Positions 50,501-59,500 of a DNA stretch of 64,000 nt are shown in pieces. Under the pieces are notes generated by a model that had not been told where the DNA came from, did not search any database, and saw only the letters and a program-made list of their open reading frames with translations. The stretch is from Owenia fusiformis (Eukaryota), in contig CAIIXF020000001.1 of the NCBI GenBank assembly GCA_903813345.2, positions 20,212,001-20,276,000 on the forward strand. The letters are read 5' to 3'. Position numbers and translations under genes: made by a program. Each line of letters starts with the position of its first letter. Position 1 is the stretch's first letter.

Positions 50501-53500
50501 TGGTGACATATTGTTATGGTCTCCGTTTTTTGCGACGGCGTCCGGCGGTTTGTGGTTGGCGTCCGGCGTCTGTAACAATTTCTTACAACTTCCTATAACT
50601 TAACAAATACTGTTTAGACTGACTTCAATTTTTTTCTAAATCATCTACATGTTCTCAGAAGTTCAAATCTGACTTTAGATTTGACATTTGACCTTCAATG
50701 ACCTTCTCAAGGTCAAAAAGGTCTTTTTTCAACTTGCTTCACATTGACTAAATTTTTTTCAAAATCATCTACATGTTCTCAGAAATTCAAATCTGACTTA
50801 AGATTTGACATTTGACCTTCAAATCTGACTTTAGATTTGACATTTGACCTTCAATGACCTTCTCAAGGTCAAAAAAGGTCAAAAAGGTCTGTTTTCAACT
50901 TGCTTCAAATTGACTAAATTTTTTTTTCAAAATCATCTAAGTGTTCTCAGAAATTCAAATCTGAGTTAAGATTTGACTTAAGATTTGACATTTGACCTTC
51001 AATGACCTTCTCAAGGTCAAAAAAGGTCAAAAATGTCTGTTTTCAACTTGCTTCAAATTGACTAAATTTTTTTTTCAAAATCATCTACGTGTTCTCAGAA
51101 ATTCAAATCTGACTTAAGATTTGACATTTGACCTTCAATGACCTTCTCAAGGTCAAAAAAGGTCAAAAAGGTCTGTTTTCAACTTGCTTCAAATTGACTA
51201 AAAAAAATTTTCAAAATCATCTACGTGTTCTCAGAAATTCAAATCTGACTTTAGATTTGACTTAAGATTTGACATTTGACCTTCAATGACCTTCTCAAAG
51301 TCAAAAAAGGTCAAAAAGGTCTTTTTTCAACTTGCTTCAAATTGACTAAATTTTTTTTTCAAAATCATCTACATGTTCTCAGAAATTCAAATCTGACTGT
51401 AGATTTGACATTTGACCTTCAATGACCTTCAATGACCTTCTCAAGGTCAAAAAAGGTCAAAAAGGTCTGTTTTCAACTTGCTTCAAATTGACTAAATTTT
51501 TTTTTCAAAATCATCTACGTGTTCTCAGAAATTCAAATCTGACTTAAGATTTGACTTAAGATTTGACATTTGACCTTCAATGACCTTCTCAAGGTCAAAA
51601 AAGGTCAAAAAGGTCTGTTTTCAACTTGCTTCAAATTGACTAAAAAAAATTTTCAAAATCATCTACGTGTTCTCAGAAATTCAAATCTGACTTTAGATTT
51701 GACTTAAGATTTGACATTTGACCTTCAATGACCTTCTCAAAGTCAAAAAAGGTCAAAAATGTCTTTTTTCAACTTGCTTCAAATTGACTAAATTTTTTTT
51801 TCAAAATCATCTACATGTTCTCAGAAATTCAAATCTGACTTTAGATTTGACATTTGACATTCAATGACCTTCTCAATGTCAAAAAAGGTCAAAAAGATAT
51901 TTTTTCATCTTGCTTCAAATTGACTAAATTTTTTTTCAAAATCATCTACATGTTCTCAGAAATTCAATAATGTCTTTAGATTTGACATTTGACCTTCAAT
52001 GACCTTGTCAAGGTCAAAAAAGGTCAAAAAGGTCTTTTTTCAACTTGCTTCAAATTGACTAATTTTTTTTTTCAAAATCATCTACATGTTCTCAGAAATT
52101 CAAATCTGACTTTAGATTTGACATTTGACCTTCAATGACCTTCTCAATGTCAAAAAAGGTCAAAAAGGTATTTTTTCATCTTGCTTCAAATTGACTAAAT
52201 TTTTTTTCAAAATCATCTACATGTTCTCAGAAATTCAAATATGACTTTAGATTTGACATTTGACCTTCAATGACCTTGTCAAGGTCAAAAAAGGTCAAAA
52301 AGGTCTTTTTTCAACTTGCTTCAAATTGACTAATTTTTTTTTTCAAAATCATCTACATGTTCTCAGAAATTCAAATCTGACTTTAGATTTGACATTTGAC
52401 CTTCAATGACCTTCTCAAGGTCAAAAAAGGTCAAAAAGGTCTGTTTTCAACTTGCTTCAAATTGACCAAATTTTTTTTTCAAAATCATCTTCATCTTTTC
52501 AGAAGTTCAAATTTGACTTTACAAGTTCTCAGAAATTCAAATCTGACTTAAGTTTGAACTCATAATATTGTGAGCAACTAGGTGGTGACATTTTGTCATG
52601 TTAATGCCTTGTTTATGAATGCTGGGGACTCAGTATTAAAAGGATAGTTTCAAAATATATAGGTCTGGGAAAGGTTTAAGGCACACTGCGTCGCTATAGA
52701 ATGAATTGCGCTACTATTTTCACAATTGTATTGATATTTGGTGTCAAATACACATATCTTGGTATATTTGAAGTCCCAAAACGGCTTAGTTTCAGAAATA
52801 TCCCAAATTTAAATTCAAAAATGACCATTAGCTCCGCACCCTCCGCTCATTTGCTCCGCACCCAATATTTCCCACAGGCTCTGTCTGCATAGGGTGGTAT
52901 ACATCGATTAAAAACATCACAACCACGTGTTATATTCAAAAACTAACAGGTGAGAATTGGCGCAAATGAAGATGGTATGCAAGCGACGTAATATGTCTGT
53001 CATCACTAGAGCTCTGGGGGTTTCCCTCCTCTTATGTTTATGTATGTTGAGATAAATTCATAAACTACTGAGTTGTTATTAGCAAATTATACATGTTTAT
53101 GTTGGTCTGTTCACTTTCAGTTAATGATTTATTTTGTAGAGTTTAAGGGCCGCCTGAATCAATTATCAATTAAATACCGATCTCTGCTTATATGTTTGAT
53201 TTATTATCCTTTTTTCTGGAAATCTGAATCTCATTAGTAGATTAAATATACATCGTCAATTAATGATCATCTAAAGTGGATACACTACACAGTAAAACCT
53301 GTGTAAGTGGAACATCCTTTGGACCACCATTATTGTATACTTCAAGTTAAAAGATGTTATAAACTTGTGGGTTCCACTTGTGGGTTGCTCTATTTACAGA
53401 CAGGTGTTTCACTAAACAGTTTTTACTGTATTTAGTAAGTTAAAAAACAGACAGCGCCAGGATATATCATGTGAGAATGAGTCTACTCACTTCCCTTTGT

Positions 53501-56500
53501 TAGGCCCTGCACAACTTCAAGAATCATTTGTAGAATAAAGACTTTCTGCATCAGGGTCATATTGATAATGATATAAGACCAATCTCAATTTAAGTTGAAT
53601 CCAAGCATTATCTGGAAAGTAGATACATATTTTAGTATATTGGCCTCGGGAAATATCATATGGACACTCGGCCTTCACCCTCGGTCAATATCATATTTTC
53701 CTTGGTCAATATCATCTTAAAAATAAAATTCATATTCCATCCCTCTCATTAAATAACCTCTATTTATCTAATACACCTCACATATCAAATACATACCTGC
53801 ACATATATGGGTATGTATAAGATATGTGTGGGTATGTATTATATACCCACACATATCAAATACATAACCATTCATGTCTTAACCACACATCTTACATCTT
53901 TACACATCATCACATCTACTTTAATCTTGACAGTTATACATTATTCAGCAGAGATATAATTTATGGTTTCACAGTGCTCTTTTACTCCCCACATAGCCAT
54001 ACGATTTTCATTACAGAGCAACAGTGATTATCGATTCATATCTGTTCATTTTAGACCGTTGTATGAAGCACAGGTGAACAGTAATGTGATATAACATTGC
54101 TTTTCCCCATTATAAAGACATAAGGAAAAAGAATCAATACAGAAAATGTATCCTTTTTCGAATAATGTTTATTCCATATGATCATTCATCTATATTTGAT
54201 TTATCATATCATTAGTTAATTGAATGATTCTTTGGTTGCCTTGGTAACAAAGAATGTATAGCACAACTCAGGCGAATTGTTTCTTCATTCCGTTTTGTCT
54301 CTGTCTATTGTACTATATTGTGAACACCACATCTTTTTTGTGTTATCAGTTGGTGTTTGGCTGTTGTTCAGCATTTGGTGGTTGATGTATGGCAGTTAGT
54401 GTTTGGTGTCTGAACAAATTGCAGCTGGTGACCTTTTGCATCTTAATGTCTTGTTATGTCACCACCAAAAAGTGGTGACATGGTTTCTATTTTTTGTGGC
54501 GAGTTTGGTGGTCAGTTATCGAAGGGTGGCAGTTGGCGTCTGTAACGAATTCTTACAACTTCCAATAACTTAACAAATACTGACTTCAAGTTTTTTTCAA
54601 AATCATCTCCAAGTTATCAGAAGTTCAAATCTGACTTTAGATTTTAGATATGAATGATCTTCTCAAGGTAAAAAAGATTTTCTTTCAAAAAGATTTTCTT
54701 CAACTTGCTTCAAGTTGACCAACTTTTTTTCAAAATCATCTACAAGCTCTCAAAAGTTAAAATCTGACTATACATTTGACCTTCAATGACATTTCAAAGT
54801 TCTCAGATATTCAAATCTGACTTGAGATTGAACTTATTATATTGTGAGCAAATAGGTGGTGACATTTTGTCATGTTAATGCCTTGTTATGGTGTGCTGAT
54901 AATTCTGACAGTCCTACATGTATTAATAGTGAAAATATTCTATTATTATAGGACAATTACAGGATGTAGTTTCACTTCCTCAAAGAATGTCTGTTTATAC
55001 ATATCTTACATGTATATGTTTTGAGAGATCATATTTTACTGATTGTATCTGTAAGAAAACCAGCTCACTAACATTAACATTTTTGTCAAATTAAATGTGC
55101 AACAGTGCTTAACTACTGTAAATACTGTATCCAGATGCCATATTCAAGTAATAAAGAAAAAACAACATTCTTCTTGATAACTGTGTAAATAAAAACAAAG
55201 AGGGGAATGGGCTTTATAAATGCCTAATGCATTCACTGTTGAGATTCAGTTTATTTTGATAGGAAAATGTGGGTGGAGTTGAGGAGGTTTTCTAGGAAAT
55301 AATTTTAATGATATCTGATATGCCATTGTTTCATATCCATCATTCATGAAAATATATACAATACATACAATTTACTGTAAACATTTTCATTTCCACATAT
55401 ATGTTTTTTACACATCACATATTATTATAAATTAATGATTTTACTACATTGTAAAACATGTAACATTGTAAGAATGCTTGAATAAGAAATACATTGCTAA
55501 GAATTTCAAAATTCATGAAAATTGTACAAAATGAATTCAACATTTCATTTTCTTGCAATGTTTATACAGCTTAACAATACTGTGAAAATGCCATGAATAA
55601 CAAATTGGTTCGAAAATAAGGGAATGGTAAAAAAATTAGCTTAACTTATCTTTCTATTGATTTTGAGAAGATGCTTTAATCACTGTTGTAGAGAATTTGA
55701 TAATCTGATAATCATAGTTCTTAATAATTCATTATTGTTGAAATGGTGGGAAATTCAAAATCCCAAAACCTTTATTTATATTTTCAAATAAGATTCAATA
55801 TTAATACATAAAGCTACATACCTTTTTAGTCACCAGTACATGCTCTGTACGCTTGCAATATTCTTGCACAATCTCCAAGACAGTGTGTTCATAGTAGTAT
55901 CAACCAGCAGGTTATGTTGTGCCTCTAGGAGTAAAGAAGTTTTTGTTCTTGAGGAAGTTGGTTACTCATTAAGCTTCTGCTTAACAGATCATGATGACTA
56001 TGAATCATGTCCATATCGAGGCTTCAATTGGTGGAGGGTGGAGCATATCAACATGTACCCTTGAAGTCAAAGCCTAGCGAATAGGCGAATCTCTCTTTTA
56101 AAGAAGCAGCATCAATATTCAACATTTGTATTAACCTGTTTTGACACCTGAACCAGCCATGGTGGGGGGGGGGGGTTCCCCTAGAGCAAAAGGTGTCAGG
56201 GAATCTTCAATATTGTATGAAACATTTTAGGTTGGCCTAGAGTAAAAGCCCTTTAGGACTGAAGTAATATTTTTGTTAAAAATGAGCCTCAAGTTGCCTT
56301 CGCTTGATTTGCCACTCTGCTTCACCAAATGAATTATACATGTATTTTTATTAGTTATTTTTTAGTTAGAATGTCATCCTTTACACCCTGTGACTTATAA
56401 TGTAAACACAATGTCACTTTCTGGAAACTTTCATTTGTATGCTTAGGCGTAGCCAGGTGGTTGCCCCCCCCCCCCCCCCCCCCCCCCGGCTGCAAGCTGA

Positions 56501-59500
56501 CTACGCCCCTGTAAATGTAATAATTATTATACTGGAGCCTTCTAAATTGATAAAAAATATAAATTGAATGAGTCACAGTGTGCAATTGAGGAGCCTTGAC
56601 TTCTGTTTTTCTAATCTATGGCAACATTCTCAATAAAACTTCCTCGTATGAATCAGGTAATTAAGTAGAGAAATTGGGCGTTATATTGTCATAAACAGAT
56701 GCTGTGTATAAACTGATAAGGCTCACATGATAAACAGGGACATGCCTGGGATAATTTTTTATGTTTGGTCTTCATAATTTACTTGCAAAATTGTACTTCT
56801 TTTAACAATTTGGTAATTGAAATGATTTTTCAGACTATTCTATGAAATATCAGTGGCTTCATTAGAATTTCTGACAACAAGCTAATCAAATGAAAAAAAC
56901 CACAGCCAATATTATCAGAAATAATAATTTTAGGATGGAACAGTTTCAAAATTCTTTAAAACAACAAGCAATTTTGGCAAAATCTGAGAATATTGCCTGT
57001 TGCCCAGTGTTGGGGTGAAACTCCAAAATATGGTGAAATATGGTTGTTGTTCTAATATATTGCATCTGCAAGGGAGTCAAGCTTGACATTCTTGCAGATG
57101 CAATATATTATAACAGCATCAATATTCAACATTACAGCTGTATTAATCAGTATTGACACCTGAACCAGCCATGGTGGGGGGGGGGGGCTCCCTTAGAGCA
57201 TGATGTGTCATTTGAAATATGGATAATTGAATATGTTTAATAGTCTTTCAAAATGCATATTGGAAAGATATGTTGGCTGTGAGAACTACACCTGATGATC
57301 TCCAGTCTTCACATTGGAGTATCTGGACAAGTGAAGAATGAATGGTTTGGAATTTAATATTAATCTCCAGTGTTTTCTTGAATATAACTGCTTGCTTTGA
57401 AGATATTCATGAATGATTTCTCAAATGTCTCAAAAGATATAGTTACTGGGCAAGAGAGAATTATGTCCCAATAGACACCATAGTTTGCAAGAACTGACCA
57501 TCCTTCAAAATGCAGCAATTGACAAAGCAAAAGCCGAACATTCCTAGTGAGTCAGTGAGACCTTGTGCGTCAGTGAGACCTTGGAAGCACAGCTGCAATG
57601 GTTAGCATATTTGACATCATTATTGAGTTCAATTTTTATGTGTAGATATAAGCAAAAGGCCAGGCAGATATTTGGTTATAAACTTTGTTGAGGTACCAGT
57701 ATGTAATGACCCAAGGGTGGCTTGAGGGAATGGCAGATTGCATCGTGTAACAATGTTCCTTTCAAAACAATTGAAAAGGATGACATAGATGAAAGAATAT
57801 CTATTATGCCGTTATGGATACTGTCATAAGTATTTATGAGAACATAATTTCCAATATTTGGACACTAGAAACAATTGTTGACCTCTAAATTGTTTACTTC
57901 AACTTGAAAGTTTAAAGTCTCAGTATACAAGTTTAACAGTTCACCTCAACATGAATGGAAGATGTCAAATGAAAGGTGTAAAAATCCAAGCCATGAATCA
58001 CAAATTCATTTTCTATCCTTCCTTCATGCAAATATTTACAAATATACATATTACAGTAGAACCTGTGTAAGTGGAACACCCTCCGTTCTGCCAAAAAGCG
58101 TTCCACTTAGGAGGTGTTCCACTTACGGAGATTTTGGGTTCGCGGGGATTTAATGAACATACAAGATCAAATATAGAATTTATATGTATCACTGGAAATA
58201 TGATTCTCCCTTCATTGCAAGGCAGGTATACACTGGCAGGGGGCAGATTTCTACCCCCTTGGGTGGGCCCAGAAAAAAAATTGGCCCTAAGGCCCCAATA
58301 AATGGGCTTTTTAGGCATTACTTGGCCTTTTTAGGTTTATTTTATAATCTTAGACCAAATTCTGAAGAAAATGGGCCTATTATTTTCAAACTTTAGTCCC
58401 ACGTTTTGCCCCCCCCCTTTGTTGGTTCCCAGATTTTCCCCTGGGTATATACCATTAATAATCCATTTGGTTTCATCCTCCGATCACAGGGCTTCAAAAT
58501 CCAGAATATCTTCTTTCTTTTACCCCCTGCTATAACCAAGTTGGACGCGCCCGATTAAACTGAATCACGTGATCTTATTATGCGCCGATGACGTATACAT
58601 GATTTCTGTCGCAGTGTTGCGACAGCCAATCAAATTGCGAGTTCTTAATCGGGGAAATGCTAACTGCTTATAGCAGGGGGAAGAAGGAGGTGCGGATTCT
58701 GGACACCTGCTTAGGAGGATGATTTGGTTTACTTAAAAAGGTATCTGACATTCTTAATCCTCCTCATACTGCCAAAAATGTTCTGACATTCTTAATCCTC
58801 CTCATTCTGCCAGTCTCAGGTACAACGGTTTGGCAATTAAGTTTTAAAGACTTGTTCCTACTGCTAATAATTCAATTGTTTTTCAACTGATATTCTTAAT
58901 CTTACTTATCAAGTTTGAAACAAACAGCAAGGGGTATAAATTAGTGGTAGCATCACATGTCCATCTCTACAGGAGGTTAATCCAATTTTCTGAATGATAA
59001 TCTTATGAAATCCTAATTTGCTGATTATCAAATTAATTAGTGGTTGCATCATGTGTTGACCTCTACAGGAGGTTCATCCAATTTGCTGAATGGTAATCCA
59101 TTAAAAAACCCAATTTGCCAATTATCAAATTATTACCTGTTTTCATACCTAGATATCACCGTAGGAGGTTAATTCTGTTTACATAAGTATCAATATTGAA
59201 ATTTTGGGAAATTGACTGTTCCACTTAGCAGGTTAATTTTCAATATGGGGTGTTCACTGTTCAAGTTTGGAGGTGTTCCACTTACAGAGGTTCAATTAAC
59301 ACTAAGTTAATGGGTTTTTAAAACGGGACTTTGAAAAAGCGTTCCACTTTCGAGGTTTTCCACTTACAGAGGTGTTCCATTTAGCAGGTTCTACTGTACA
59401 ATTATGTCTCCGCATAAGCCATTCCGTATGATGACATTCCAGTGTTATTAGATTTTTTCCCGAAGACAATGAAAATGCAGATCATTTATAATGATTGTTA

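Larger units (their letters stand above)
49921..52896. mobile_element. Fully palindromic (foldback) MITE with CAC termini and 5-bp TSD (Transib-like)
   Basis: Arms of ~420 bp with the centre at ~50345. TSD GTATA at 49916-49920 and 52897-52901. The right arm is interrupted at 50487-52611. Confidence 0.85.
49693..53031. mobile_element. Old outer DNA element (degenerate GAG-type TIRs, 4-bp TTAT TSD; Sola-like, tentative)
   Basis: GAGGGGGAGAAACCACAGGGTTCAAAGATGAC versus inverted GAGGAGGGAAACCCCCAGAGCTCTAGTGATGAC, with TTAT on both sides. Confidence 0.4.

Noticed and set aside
49925-52892. Two near-identical 63-aa ORFs (49925-50116 and 52701-52892) as duplicated genes
   Set aside because: They are the two arms of a foldback MITE and have no protein motif.
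56108-57200. ~75-bp duplicated segment with G-runs (56108-56182 and 57115-57200)
   Set aside because: No termini, ORF or RNA structure; probably fragments of a dispersed repeat.
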